A stretch of DNA of 64,000 nt from Rhodothermales bacterium. Lineage in GTDB: Bacteria; Bacteroidota; Rhodothermia; Rhodothermales; Bin80. Below the pieces are notes generated by a model. That model worked only from the letters and a program-made list of their open reading frames with translations. It was not told the origin of the DNA and searched no databases. Shown here piece by piece: positions 1 through 9,469 of this stretch. Numbering within the stretch: the stretch's first letter is position 1; every line of letters begins with the position of its first letter. Where the stretch lies: positions 7,125 through 71,124 of the forward strand of contig OZ244823.1 of the NCBI GenBank assembly GCA_965220365.1, given 5' to 3'. The position numbers and the translations under genes were made by a program.

Positions 1-405
1 GTCACCTCGGCATCGCTCCATGACAGTCAGGCCGCCCTTCCATTGGCAACCCTGACGGCCCAGCGGGTCGATCACTGTTATGATCTCATGGACAGCGCCT
101 ATGACGCGAAGGCGATTCATGCCCATAGTCGGGCCTCGGGGCAGGTGCCGATCATTGATTCGAATCCCCGGACGCGAACCGCGGCGCACCGTCGTGAGAA
201 AAAGGCACAGCGTACGGCCGGGTTTACCCCACCGGAGCGGGTACGTTACCGGGAACGTTCCACGGTCGAGCGGGCCTTTGGACGACTCAAAGATGAGTTT
301 GGCGCACGTCATGTCCGAGTGCGTGGCTATCAGAAGGTGATGTGCCATCTGATGTTTGCCATCGTGGTGCTCACCGTGGATCAATTACTGCGGCTGATCC
401 AATAA
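1..405 (+). CDS. DDE transposase (DDE_Tnp_1, IS4/IS5 type), last 134 codons; 5' end lies outside the window
   Basis: Frame 1 is open from base 1 (VTSASLHDSQAALPLATLTAQRVDHCYDLMDSAYDA...). It contains the second Asp block (LMDSAYD) and the YRERSTVERAFGRLK (Y-R-E-K) signature of IS4/IS5 transposases. Stop codon at 403-405. Confidence 0.85.
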   Translation, partial: VTSASLHDSQAALPLATLTAQRVDHCYDLMDSAYDAKAIHAHSRASGQVPIIDSNPRTRTAAHRREKKAQRTAGFTPPERVRYRERSTVERAFGRLKDEFGARHVRVRGYQKVMCHLMFAIVVLTVDQLLRLIQ

Positions 406-657
406 ACCAGACGAGTCGCGCCAGCCGATAGAATTTGGGGTGTTCGGAAATACGAACCGTAGGATCGGTACGTGAACTTCCAACGGATCAGAGGCGAAAT
501 TCACCCCATCGAGGCTTGCCTGGAAGCAAATCGCGCATAGATTTGAGGCAGAAACGAACCGATGTCCATCCTTCACGTAACTTCAGCAAATTGGATTGAC
601 TTATGCCTCAAAGTAGACGGGGAATCGGGGGCGAAAAAAGAGTTTTGCAAGAGGCTC
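1..657 (+). mobile_element. Right-hand 657 bp of an IS4/IS5-superfamily insertion sequence (copy A, truncated by the window edge)
   Basis: Bases 1-315 are base-for-base identical to 17486-17800, and 316-657 to 19964-20305 (copy B). It ends in the 18-bp terminal repeat gagttttgcaagaggctc (640-657), the reverse complement of gagcctcttgcaaaactc at 16554-16571. Identity with copy B stops exactly at 657/20305. Confidence 0.9.
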
Positions 658-662
658 TCAAA

Positions 663-1181
663 TCAGCGGATAATGGAACGAAATGACGACGAAATGGGAC
701 TTTCGGCGTAGCTGCCCACCGTGTCGGGGCTCTCAGGGCCGTCTTCTGCGGTCTCATCAGTCCCGCAGAACCGATCAAATGCCTGAGCTAAATCCATCGC
801 TATCGCCTCGGCACTGCGCCCCTCAATATGTCTGCGTTCAATAACATACACTACCTCCCCACCCTTAATTAGGGCCATAAACGGGGATGACGGAGGAATG
901 CCGATTAAGAAATCCCGTGCGGAAGCCGTCGCCTCAAGGTCCTGCCCTGCGAAAACCGTTACTGCCCGATCCGGCTGAGTTTTATTCTGCATGGCCAAAC
1001 CAACGGCAGGACGCGCCATGGCTGCAGCACACCCACACACGGAATTGATCATCAGCAGCATCGTCTGATCGGAAGTCATATCAAATGCACTCGCTACCTG
1101 CTCAGCCGTTCGCAATTCCTCAACACCCAATCGGGTGAGCTCCTGGCGCATTGGAGATACAAGATGTTCTGGATATGGCAT
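663..1181 (-). CDS. Bacilliredoxin (BrxA/BrxB, YphP/YqiW, DUF1094 family) with an extra acidic/Ser-rich C-terminal tail
   Basis: 172 aa. Family blocks present: PMRQELT..G.EEL.TAE, INSVCGCAA (CGC redox motif), PDRAVTVFAGQD and SSPFMALIKGGEVV. About 30 residues (GTDETAEDGPESPDTVGSYAESPISS...) extend past the usual family end. Confidence 0.8.
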   Translation of the reverse strand: MPYPEHLVSPMRQELTRLGVEELRTAEQVASAFDMTSDQTMLLMINSVCGCAAAMARPAVGLAMQNKTQPDRAVTVFAGQDLEATASARDFLIGIPPSSPFMALIKGGEVVYVIERRHIEGRSAEAIAMDLAQAFDRFCGTDETAEDGPESPDTVGSYAESPISSSFRSIIR

Positions 1182-1298
1182 AGTAAAAATAGATGATGAA
1201 CCGAACTCGCCCCCTGCGTGTACTATTGAGGGGTTAGGATTGATCCTCTGAAGCCAGATTCAAAAATCGCACCAGCCATTTACCAAATCACCCATCCC

Positions 1299-1868
1299 AT
1301 GCGTGCATATGTTCTTCTCTGCAGCATCTGCCTCGCAGGTTGCTCTCAAACCGGGCAACTACGTACGCAGGCCCCATCGCCACTGCAGGCAGTTTCTTCC
1401 GTGAATCCGGCCATACCTTCCGCAGCCATTGAGTCGGAGCTACGTGCCTTCGCAGCATCCTGGCAGGGAACCCCGCATTTAGAGGGTGGAGACTCTCAGT
1501 CAGGAATAGATGCCCCTGGACTTATCGTGGTGGTGGCTGACCAGATCCTTGGGCTGTCTTTCCCACATTCAACCGCACGGCAACTAGGATTCGGTCAAGA
1601 AGTTGAACGCAGTTCTCTCATGCCGGGTGATATTGTTTTCTTCCGACCAACCAGCATGCCGAGACATGTGGGGATCTATCTTGGCTCGCAGGAATTTCTG
1701 CATGCTTGGCCGGAAGACGGAGTGTCTATCGGACGTATGGATGAACCCTACTGGAGTGGGGCCTACTGGGTTGGACGACGTGTTCTGGTGGGCCAGGATT
1801 CAGTGCTCATCCCTATTACGTCAGAAGAGCCTCCCGACAGTCTTGGAAAACGGCGTGTAGGGTGGTAA
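1299..1868 (+). CDS. NlpC/P60-fold lipoprotein whose catalytic Cys position is Ala (probable pseudo-peptidase)
   Basis: Lipobox LAGC|S at the N-terminus. The C-terminal domain aligns with Spr/MepS-type NlpC/P60 (PGDIVFF, RHVGIYLG, FLHAW, EPYW), but the usual G-x-D-C-S-G-L block reads GIDAPGL. Confidence 0.75.
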   Translation: MRAYVLLCSICLAGCSQTGQLRTQAPSPLQAVSSVNPAIPSAAIESELRAFAASWQGTPHLEGGDSQSGIDAPGLIVVVADQILGLSFPHSTARQLGFGQEVERSSLMPGDIVFFRPTSMPRHVGIYLGSQEFLHAWPEDGVSIGRMDEPYWSGAYWVGRRVLVGQDSVLIPITSEEPPDSLGKRRVGW

Positions 1869-1889
1869 TGATAATGACCTGAGTATGTA

Positions 1890-2366
1890 ATGCCCGTTTA
1901 TCTCACTGAAAAAGCACTTAAGAAACTCAAAGCAGATATTCATCACGCGCGTACGGTGGAACGTAAGCGCATTTCGAATGAAATCGCGGAAGCCCGTTCA
2001 CATGGGGATCTTTCAGAAAATGCCGAATATGATGCGGCTAAGGAGGCCCAGGGAAAGCTTGAAGCACGTATCGCTCAAATGGAGAATACCCTGGCAGAAG
2101 CCCGGGTTCTCGACGAAGATGATGTGGATACCTCCAAGGCCCGGATCCTGTCTACCGTACGCTTCAGAAACTCACGTACCGGCAAGGAAAAAGTCGTAAC
2201 GCTGGTTTCTGCCCCCGAGGCAGATGTATCCAGTGGACGGATCCCGATTACCAGCCCCATCGGAAAGGGGCTCCTCGGGAAGGGAGTCGGTGAAGAAGCG
2301 ATTATCCATGTACCGGCAGGGGAGTTGCATGTGAAGATTCTGGAGATCACTCGGGATGGTCAATGA
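1890..2366 (+). CDS. greA: Transcription elongation factor GreA
   Basis: 158 aa. Classic GreA N-terminal coiled coil ([21 protein letters not shown]) and a C-terminal FKBP-like domain ([15 protein letters not shown]). Confidence 0.95.
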   Translation: MPVYLTEKALKKLKADIHHARTVERKRISNEIAEARSHGDLSENAEYDAAKEAQGKLEARIAQMENTLAEARVLDEDDVDTSKARILSTVRFRNSRTGKEKVVTLVSAPEADVSSGRIPITSPIGKGLLGKGVGEEAIIHVPAGELHVKILEITRDGQ

Positions 2367-3388
2367 TTGACCTGCGTAGCGACACGGTGACGCGTCCATC
2401 TGCGGGGATGCGCCGTGCCATGGTACAAGCCGATGTGGGGGACGATGTCTTCGGAGAAGATCCGACCGTCAAAGTACTCCAAAATACCGTCGCGGACTTG
2501 CTCGGCAAAGAAGCCGCTCTCTTTGTCCCCTCGGGGATGATGGGCAACCAGTTGGGGATTCATGTACAGACCCAGCCCGGCGATGAGGTGATCGTTGAAC
2601 GAAAAAGCCACATATTCAACTATGAGTCTGGAGCCGCCAGCAGCTTAAGCGGAGTTACACTACATGTCATTAAGGGGAACGACGGCCGGTTCAGTAAGCA
2701 CCAACTTCTGGGGGCACTGCGGCACGGCTATTACTGGGAATCAAATTCCACCTTGCTCTGCCTGGAAAATACGCTCAATATTGCCGGAGGATTGCTGAAT
2801 CCGCTTGCAGAATTACAAGAGTTGACCGCATGTGCACATGAACATGGGCTGACATGCCACCTTGATGGTGCCAGATTGTGGAACGCTTCGGTTGCCACCC
2901 AAATCCCGATGAACGAGTATGCAGCCCCCTTCGATACGGTTACGGTATGCCTCTCCAAGGGATTAGGAGCTCCAGTGGGATCCGTGTTTGCAGGTACAGA
3001 AAAAATGGTCCGGCGCGCCCACCGGCGCCGAAAAGAGTTGGGGGCAGGAATGCGTCAGACAGGTATCCTGGCTGCCGCCGGGCTCTACGCAATCGAGCAT
3101 CATTTCCCCGACCTTGAGCAGGATCATATTCATGCTCGGCGACTGGCAGATGGTTTGGCCGCCTTCCCATCCATTCATGTTCGTGCCCCCCAGACCAATA
3201 TCGTCCTGATCTCCCTCGTAGATCCAGAACTCACAATCGATACCCTGCTGAAACGCCTTCGTAACCAAGCGATAGCGATGGTGGCAGTTGGACCCGATAC
3301 AATCAGAGCCACGGTCCACCGGGACCTCTCAACTCAGGAGATTGATACAACTATTCTGGCGGTTGAGCAGGTACTTAAACGACCGTAA
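2363..3388 (+). CDS. ltaE: Low-specificity L-threonine aldolase (PLP-dependent)
   Basis: 341 aa. N-terminal [30 protein letters not shown] block and the [15 protein letters not shown]-lysine region. ATGA start/stop overlap with greA. Confidence 0.85.
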   Translation: MIDLRSDTVTRPSAGMRRAMVQADVGDDVFGEDPTVKVLQNTVADLLGKEAALFVPSGMMGNQLGIHVQTQPGDEVIVERKSHIFNYESGAASSLSGVTLHVIKGNDGRFSKHQLLGALRHGYYWESNSTLLCLENTLNIAGGLLNPLAELQELTACAHEHGLTCHLDGARLWNASVATQIPMNEYAAPFDTVTVCLSKGLGAPVGSVFAGTEKMVRRAHRRRKELGAGMRQTGILAAAGLYAIEHHFPDLEQDHIHARRLADGLAAFPSIHVRAPQTNIVLISLVDPELTIDTLLKRLRNQAIAMVAVGPDTIRATVHRDLSTQEIDTTILAVEQVLKRP

Positions 3389-4028
3389 TCCTGAGCGGGG
3401 GAAGCGGATCACAGGTCGCTTCCAGCCAATCCCCCTTCGCAACCGGACCAACTCCTTCAGGAGTACCGGTATACAATAAGTCCCCGTGCTCCAACGAGAA
3501 GATTTGAGAGCAGTACGAGATCAGGTGAGCAATCGAGAAAATCATATCCTGCGTATCTCCATGCTGTCTCGTGACACCATTGACATTCAACGTCAGCTTC
3601 AACTGTTGAGGGTCGCCGATTTCAGCTGCGGGAACCAGTTCTCCAAGGGGAGCAAATGTGTCGAACCCCTTCGCAACACTCCATGGCTTCCCCTTCCTCT
3701 TTGCTTCAGATTGCAGATCCCGCGCCGTCATATCCAATCCGATCGCATAGGCCGCTACGTGCTCAAGGCTGCGATTCAACGGAATGTCCCTGCCGCTGCG
3801 TCCAATCATGGCAACCAATTCCACTTCGTGGTGCACGTTCGAAGTCATTGAAGGAAGCCGAATTGAGTCTGGCATGCGCACAATCGCGGTAGATGGCTTC
3901 AGGAAAATGATCGGCTGCTTCGGAACTGCAGCGTTCATTTCTGCGGCATGCTGCGCGTAGTTGCGGCCGATGCAGAGCACCTTGCCAACAGGCACCTGTT
4001 CTGCGGTAGATGGATCAGTCAGTATCAT
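3375..4028 (-). CDS. Fumarylacetoacetate hydrolase (FAH) family protein
   Basis: 217 aa. FAH-family blocks [26 protein letters not shown] and [10 protein letters not shown]. Its 3' end overlaps the convergent ltaE by 14 nt. Confidence 0.85.
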   Translation of the reverse strand: MILTDPSTAEQVPVGKVLCIGRNYAQHAAEMNAAVPKQPIIFLKPSTAIVRMPDSIRLPSMTSNVHHEVELVAMIGRSGRDIPLNRSLEHVAAYAIGLDMTARDLQSEAKRKGKPWSVAKGFDTFAPLGELVPAAEIGDPQQLKLTLNVNGVTRQHGDTQDMIFSIAHLISYCSQIFSLEHGDLLYTGTPEGVGPVAKGDWLEATCDPLPPLRITVV

Positions 4029-4120
4029 CAGAATGAATTGGGGAACCTCTTAAATGTCATAGCATAACATTGGGCTACCGAAAATTTGCGCGTCAAGTTG
4101 ACGCTCTTATACCAGAACCA

Positions 4121-4441
4121 ATGTTTGCAGTTGTCAATATTAGCGGAAAGCAATATCGCGTTGCCGAGGAAGATACACTTTTCATTCCCTACGCGGCGGA
4201 GGCCAAGGAGGGGGATACGCTTCATTTTCCTGAAGTCCTCCTGGTGGCTGATCAGGATGACATAAAAGTTGGACGCCCTCACGTCGCCGGCGCACAGGTA
4301 GTCGGTGAGGTAATTCAGCATGTCCGAGGGGATAAAATTGTTGTTTTCAAGAAAAAACGCCGCAAGCGTTACAAGGTGAAACACGGCCACCGGCAACGGT
4401 ATACTCAGATCCAGATTTCATCGCTCTCCATCGGAGAATAG
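4121..4441 (+). CDS. rplU: 50S ribosomal protein L21
   Basis: MFAVVNISGKQYRV... is the canonical L21 start. The ORF track begins 17 codons upstream (4070), but ATG 4121 matches the family N-terminus. Confidence 0.9.
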   Translation: MFAVVNISGKQYRVAEEDTLFIPYAAEAKEGDTLHFPEVLLVADQDDIKVGRPHVAGAQVVGEVIQHVRGDKIVVFKKKRRKRYKVKHGHRQRYTQIQISSLSIGE

Positions 4442-4453
4442 ACAAGAGTTATT

Positions 4454-4717
4454 ATGGCACATAAGAAAGGACTAGGCTCCACTAAGAACGGTCGTGACTC
4501 CAAGCCCAAGATGCTTGGTGTCAAGGTATATGCCGGCCAGCACATTTCGGCTGGAGGTATTATCGTGCGTCAGCGAGGTACACGAATCCATCCAGGTATA
4601 AATGTAGGCAGGGGTGGAGACGACACACTCTTTGCTCGCGCAGAGGGAATTATCCGGTTCTCGAGTGGACGCAAAGACCGCAAGATGGTTCATGTTGACC
4701 CCGTCGCATCGGCCTGA
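4454..4717 (+). CDS. rpmA: 50S ribosomal protein L27
   Basis: [16 protein letters not shown]...[10 protein letters not shown]-type sequence. 87 aa, immediately downstream of rplU. Confidence 0.95.
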   Translation: MAHKKGLGSTKNGRDSKPKMLGVKVYAGQHISAGGIIVRQRGTRIHPGINVGRGGDDTLFARAEGIIRFSSGRKDRKMVHVDPVASA

Positions 4718-4726
4718 TTCTCTGGA

Positions 4727-4743
4727 AGTTCCGTCTCGGAACT
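4727..4743 (+). terminator. Hairpin after rpmA (possible intrinsic terminator without a U-tract)
   Basis: agttccg-tct-cggaact, a 7-bp perfect stem 10 nt after the rpmA stop. No T-run follows, so this is weak. Confidence 0.3.
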
Positions 4744-4784
4744 CAGCACCGACTATGGTATCGAACTAACGTGTAATCCGCCCA

Positions 4785-6881
4785 ATGGGTACAATGAATC
4801 GTATGCGGGAAAACACGGGAATTGTCCTGTGGATTCTCGTTATTTCTTTTGGTGGTCTTTGGGTACTTCAAGACTCCGGTGTTTTTGACACCATCGGCAC
4901 AGACCCTCTCGGCAAAGTGATTGTAGTTGATGGTGATCCCATCACCCGAGAGGTTTACAGCCTACAGCTGGAAGCACAGCTTGAGCAGGTAAGACGCACC
5001 AATAACGGAAACGTCTTACCACAGCAGTTAGAGGTTGAGCGTGAACGGACGTTTAATGCGCTGGTGGAAAACAAGCTGCGCGAACACATCATGGATGAGA
5101 TTGGTGTGACGGTCAGTGACACCGAGGTTCGGGAACTTATCCTTGGTGAGAACCCTCATTGGATTGTGCGGCAAAATTTTTCTGACGGCCAGGGAGGAAT
5201 CAATCGTGCAATCCTGCAAAACGTGATTGATGATCCGTCTCAGGCACAAGCGCTTATCCAATTAGAGCAATTCATCCGGCTTGAGCGCCGTGAACAGCGG
5301 TTGAATCTGCTTTTAGAAGGGTCTGTACGCGTATCCGAGGCCGATGCGAAAGCGACCTGGAAACTTGAACAAAAACGTGCAGATGCTGAATTTTTCTTCC
5401 TAAGGTATGCAGACGCACCAGACTCCCTCGTCACAGTTACCGACCGTGACGTATCCCGGTATTACTCAGATAACCGGGAAGATTATGCCAAAGAACGACT
5501 CTACTCCGTTCAGATTGCATCGCTCTCCAGATTCCCCTCACCGGAAGACACGCTTGCGATCATGCAAGAGATTGAGCGCCTGCGGCAAGGCTTTGAAGAA
5601 ACCGACAACGATTCACTGTTCCTTGCCCAGTCTGCCAGTGAGGTGAACTGGTCGGATAATTTTCTCGGTGCATCCACCTTGTCACCAGCGGAGTTGAGCG
5701 TGCTCTTTGAACAAGGCACAGTCCCTCAAGAGGGAGATATTGTCGGTCCAATTATCGTCAATGGTCAGGCACAATTGATCAAGGTTGCAGCCACGCGTCC
5801 CGCCGAGGAGAGCCATGTCCGTGCACGCCACATCCTGGTGAATGCCGATGATGACCCTACTGCCGCACGTGCCTCTATACAGGATATTCGACGCAGGCTC
5901 CAGTCAGGAGAAGACTTCGAAGCGGTAGCCATCGAGATGAGCGACGATCCGGGTAGCGGCTCGAATGGTGGAGATCTTGGATGGTTTGGGCCGGGCAGAA
6001 TGGTCGAAGCCTTTGAGGATGCCGCCTTTGGGGCAAACATCGGAACCTTGGTCGGTCCCATTGAAACAAGCTTTGGATTCCACCTGATTGAGGTTACGCA
6101 TCGGGCACCCGTGGATATCCAATTATCCCGGCTAGCCTACGCCATCAATGTGTCCGTTGCGACACTGAACAATATCCAGGAATCTCTGGAAGATTTGCGC
6201 TACTACGCTGAAGAGGAAGGTAATTTTACGAGTGAAGCCGAACGGCGTGGCACTGCGATTGAATCTCTGCAGATTCAGGATGGGCAGACAGCCATTCCAG
6301 GATTCGGTCAAAGTTTTTCGATTGAAGCATTTTTGCGTGACGCAGACGTTGGAGATATTAGCCCCGTCATTGAACTCAATGAGGTTGCGCTGGTCGTGCA
6401 TGTCGTTGACATTGAATCCGCAGGGTACGAACCGATGGAGATGGTCGAAGCACAGGTGAGACAGCTTGCAATTCTGGAGAAAAAGCGTGAGCATCAGGTA
6501 AATCGACTGCAATCCGCCTATGATTCTGGAGGATTCGACGGACTTGCCGATGCACTCGGACTGAGCCCACAGCTTGCTTCGAACATATCCTTTGACAATC
6601 CCGTTGTCAGTGGATTAGGGCGGGACTATCGATTTGTTGGCGCAGCCCTGGGACTGGATGCCGGGGAAGATTCCGGGGTACTGATCGGAGATAATGGAGC
6701 CTATGTCATCCGCACGAACGCAGTCAGCCAACCTCCTGAAATCTCTGACGACGAACTCGACAACCTGCTGGCTGATCTAACCAGAGATCAGCGGAGTCTT
6801 GTTCTCCAAGGCTGGATCACTACGCTTCGGGAATCTGCGGAAATTGAAGATCTAAGAACCGACTTATTGCCTCTGCAGTAA
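4785..6881 (+). CDS. PpiD/SurA-like periplasmic chaperone with a parvulin peptidyl-prolyl isomerase domain
   Basis: 698 aa. N-terminal membrane anchor (GIVLWILVISFGGLWVL), a SurA-N-like region, and a parvulin block (ARHILV...GGDLGWFGPGRMVEAFEDAAF...GFHLIEV). Confidence 0.8.
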   Translation: MGTMNRMRENTGIVLWILVISFGGLWVLQDSGVFDTIGTDPLGKVIVVDGDPITREVYSLQLEAQLEQVRRTNNGNVLPQQLEVERERTFNALVENKLREHIMDEIGVTVSDTEVRELILGENPHWIVRQNFSDGQGGINRAILQNVIDDPSQAQALIQLEQFIRLERREQRLNLLLEGSVRVSEADAKATWKLEQKRADAEFFFLRYADAPDSLVTVTDRDVSRYYSDNREDYAKERLYSVQIASLSRFPSPEDTLAIMQEIERLRQGFEETDNDSLFLAQSASEVNWSDNFLGASTLSPAELSVLFEQGTVPQEGDIVGPIIVNGQAQLIKVAATRPAEESHVRARHILVNADDDPTAARASIQDIRRRLQSGEDFEAVAIEMSDDPGSGSNGGDLGWFGPGRMVEAFEDAAFGANIGTLVGPIETSFGFHLIEVTHRAPVDIQLSRLAYAINVSVATLNNIQESLEDLRYYAEEEGNFTSEAERRGTAIESLQIQDGQTAIPGFGQSFSIEAFLRDADVGDISPVIELNEVALVVHVVDIESAGYEPMEMVEAQVRQLAILEKKREHQVNRLQSAYDSGGFDGLADALGLSPQLASNISFDNPVVSGLGRDYRFVGAALGLDAGEDSGVLIGDNGAYVIRTNAVSQPPEISDDELDNLLADLTRDQRSLVLQGWITTLRESAEIEDLRTDLLPLQ

Positions 6882-6984
6882 CGTTCACCCTTGCCATCCG
6901 GTGGTGGGAGGTTCTTTCCGTTTCCAAAAGCTTACTGCACTTCTCGGGGCATGAGAAACAAATCTCAGCCCGTGTAGGCAGGTG

Positions 6985-8130
6985 CTATAGCCTGCCAAGT
7001 GCCTGTTCCAGATCCTCAAGCAAGTCTTCGGAATCTTCAACCCCAATAGATAAGCGAACTAGATGGTCGCTTATTCCGAGGTTGGCACGTTCCTCCGGGG
7101 TCAATGCACCGTGCGACATGGTTGCAGGGTGCCCGATCAGGCTTTCTACTCCGCCAAGGCTCTCCGCAAACGTGAAGATTCGCATCGAATGCAAAACCTC
7201 TCTTGTCTGGTGCAATGAAGATGTCCTGAGTACGGCCGACAGCATTCCCCCGAAATCCATCATTTGCTTTTTTGCCAAGCCATATCCCGGATCTGACTTC
7301 AGTCCCGGATAATTGACTTGGACAACTTTCGGGTGGCCATCAAGGTACGCTGCAACCGCCCGTGCATTGGAGCAATGGCGTTCCATACGGACATGAAGAG
7401 TTTTTGCACCTCGGAGCACTAGAAAACAATCCATCGGACCAGGGATCGCACCGACGCACTTAACCTGAAAACGTAAATGATCTGCCCACTCTTCGTTGTT
7501 CGTACACACAAAACCACCGACAAGATCTGAATGGCCGCCAAGATACTTGGTCGTGGAATGAAGGACTAGGTCTGCACCCAACGAGAGCGGCTGTTGGAGG
7601 TATGGTGAGGCGAATGTATTATCCACCACGACCGCTGCATCTACTGAATGGGCACATGCGGCAATGGCTTGAATATCCATCACCTGGATTAAGGGATTTG
7701 TAGGGGATTCCATCCAGACCACCCTGGTTGCAGGCCTCAGTGATTGTGTCACTGCATCCATGCTGGTCAAATCCGTAAAGGTCACCTGTACCCCCATGGG
7801 AGCGAGTACAAGCTTCAGATAGCGATAATTTCCTCCGTACATATCTTCGGAGGCAACGATATGATCTCCAGGGCGCAGCGCCCGCAGGATTGCATCGGTT
7901 GCAGACATCCCTGAGGCAAAAGCAATCCCATGTGTTGCACCTTCAAGACTCGCGAGATTCTCCTCCAACATCGTCCGGGTGGGGTTTGCCGCCCGCCCAT
8001 ATTCATACGCAGTCGTACTGCCTTCGGGCGGCTGCCTGTAGGTGGCGGTTTGATAGATGGGTGGCATGATCGAACCGGTAGCCTCATCCGGTTTCTGACC
8101 GGCATGCACGGCCCGCGTTGCAAAACGCAT
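6985..8130 (-). CDS. Trans-sulfuration PLP enzyme (cystathionine gamma-synthase / gamma- or beta-lyase family)
   Basis: 381 aa. Cys/Met-metabolism PLP family with the HSTTKYLGGHSD lysine block and the N-terminal TRAVHAG motif. The exact reaction cannot be told from sequence alone. Confidence 0.85.
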   Translation of the reverse strand: MRFATRAVHAGQKPDEATGSIMPPIYQTATYRQPPEGSTTAYEYGRAANPTRTMLEENLASLEGATHGIAFASGMSATDAILRALRPGDHIVASEDMYGGNYRYLKLVLAPMGVQVTFTDLTSMDAVTQSLRPATRVVWMESPTNPLIQVMDIQAIAACAHSVDAAVVVDNTFASPYLQQPLSLGADLVLHSTTKYLGGHSDLVGGFVCTNNEEWADHLRFQVKCVGAIPGPMDCFLVLRGAKTLHVRMERHCSNARAVAAYLDGHPKVVQVNYPGLKSDPGYGLAKKQMMDFGGMLSAVLRTSSLHQTREVLHSMRIFTFAESLGGVESLIGHPATMSHGALTPEERANLGISDHLVRLSIGVEDSEDLLEDLEQALGRL

Positions 8131-8156
8131 AGGTTTGATTGAAATTTAGTGGGTAA

Positions 8157-9410
8157 TTAACGCCCCGACTGCTTGGCACAGATGCTAGCCTCTTCTGCAC
8201 GAGATCTTTGATTGGTCTGTGCATAGGCCAGATACAACGCATGACAAACACTGCCGAGGTCCGATAAATCATTCTCGAGCAGGCGTCTAGCAGACTCCAG
8301 GTGTGTGATCGCCTGGCTAAAGTGCTCTGATTTTGACTGTTCTATGGCTTCTTTTCGCGCTTCCAGTCGCTCAATCTCACTTGGAGCAATCCTTCTGCCA
8401 TTGCCTTGCAACGAATCTTCTACCGCCTGAAAACTCTTGTCAACCTGAACCCCGAGATTCACATGGGCTGCTCCGAGATTAAAAAGGGCATTCACATAGA
8501 ATGAGTCCAGTGCAACTGCACTTGAGAGCATCCTGATTGCACCCTCATAATCTTCCTGATGCAACAATAACGTGCCATAATTATAGAGATAGATGTGATT
8601 ATCCTGCTCCACAGGATAGATCTCCTCAAAAAAGGGTAACGCCTCCGCAGTCACCTCCGACATTGCATATGCATTCAGTAACAACTTTCGAATCTCTCCA
8701 TCGTCGGGGTAGTATTGCCGTGCTGTTTTTAGGGTCCTGACCATCTGACGGTAATACCCAGGCTGTGTGTCTGGATCGGCAAGCTCAACCGCCATCAATT
8801 CATATGTCCTCGCCAGATAGATAAATAGATCACGATCTGTATGCCCCAAGGCGATTGCCGATTCATAGGCGTCTGCAGCTTCTTGCGCCTGCCCAGCGTT
8901 GTAGTACGCATGGGCTTCATTAATGAGCGCACTCACAGAATCTGGAATGATCATTGAAGCATTCCGAAAATGGCGCGCCGCTGCCGTGAACTGGTTTGCA
9001 CGCTCGTGTCCCCCCAACTGATCTGCATCCCGATATACCTCCATTGCCAGAGCAAACTCGTTACTATACAAAATGAATCGCTGCCTTGTCACATGCACAT
9101 TATTTTCTGGGTCCAGTGTCACTGCCTGAGCGTAAGCCCCGATCAACTCTCCCACGTATCCAGTTCGCTCAGCACCGTCCGATACCTCAGGGAGCATTTC
9201 AGAAAGAATATCTCCCTTCAGGAGAAATGCTTCTGAGTTATTAGGCTCAATTTCCAAGGCTCTATTGATATTGGTGAGTGCACGCTGATAATCTTTATTG
9301 CGTAAATCAAGCCTAGCACCTTCAATATTCGGATTACTTCTACAGCCATTGGCTACTACAAGAATCAAAATCACAAGCAACCAGCTCATGATTGGCAGTG
9401 CACGTTTCAT
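8157..9410 (-). CDS. TPR-repeat lipoprotein
   Basis: Start chosen at MKRALPIMSWLLVILILVVANGC (lipobox), 16 codons inside the ORF-track start. Multiple 34-residue TPR-like repeats (A..Y..A......A...Y..A pattern). Confidence 0.7.
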   Translation of the reverse strand: MKRALPIMSWLLVILILVVANGCRSNPNIEGARLDLRNKDYQRALTNINRALEIEPNNSEAFLLKGDILSEMLPEVSDGAERTGYVGELIGAYAQAVTLDPENNVHVTRQRFILYSNEFALAMEVYRDADQLGGHERANQFTAAARHFRNASMIIPDSVSALINEAHAYYNAGQAQEAADAYESAIALGHTDRDLFIYLARTYELMAVELADPDTQPGYYRQMVRTLKTARQYYPDDGEIRKLLLNAYAMSEVTAEALPFFEEIYPVEQDNHIYLYNYGTLLLHQEDYEGAIRMLSSAVALDSFYVNALFNLGAAHVNLGVQVDKSFQAVEDSLQGNGRRIAPSEIERLEARKEAIEQSKSEHFSQAITHLESARRLLENDLSDLGSVCHALYLAYAQTNQRSRAEEASICAKQSGR

Positions 9411-9469
9411 ATTATGGAAATTTTTTTCTGAGTCACTGCCATTACGCAGGCAGACCAAATGTAGTTTCT

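Noticed and set aside
385-576. 63-aa minus-strand ORF in the IS tail (duplicated at 20033-20224).
   Set aside because: It appears twice only because the IS is duplicated. It has no start context or motif and overlaps the transposase stop. The region is more parsimoniously non-coding IS end sequence.
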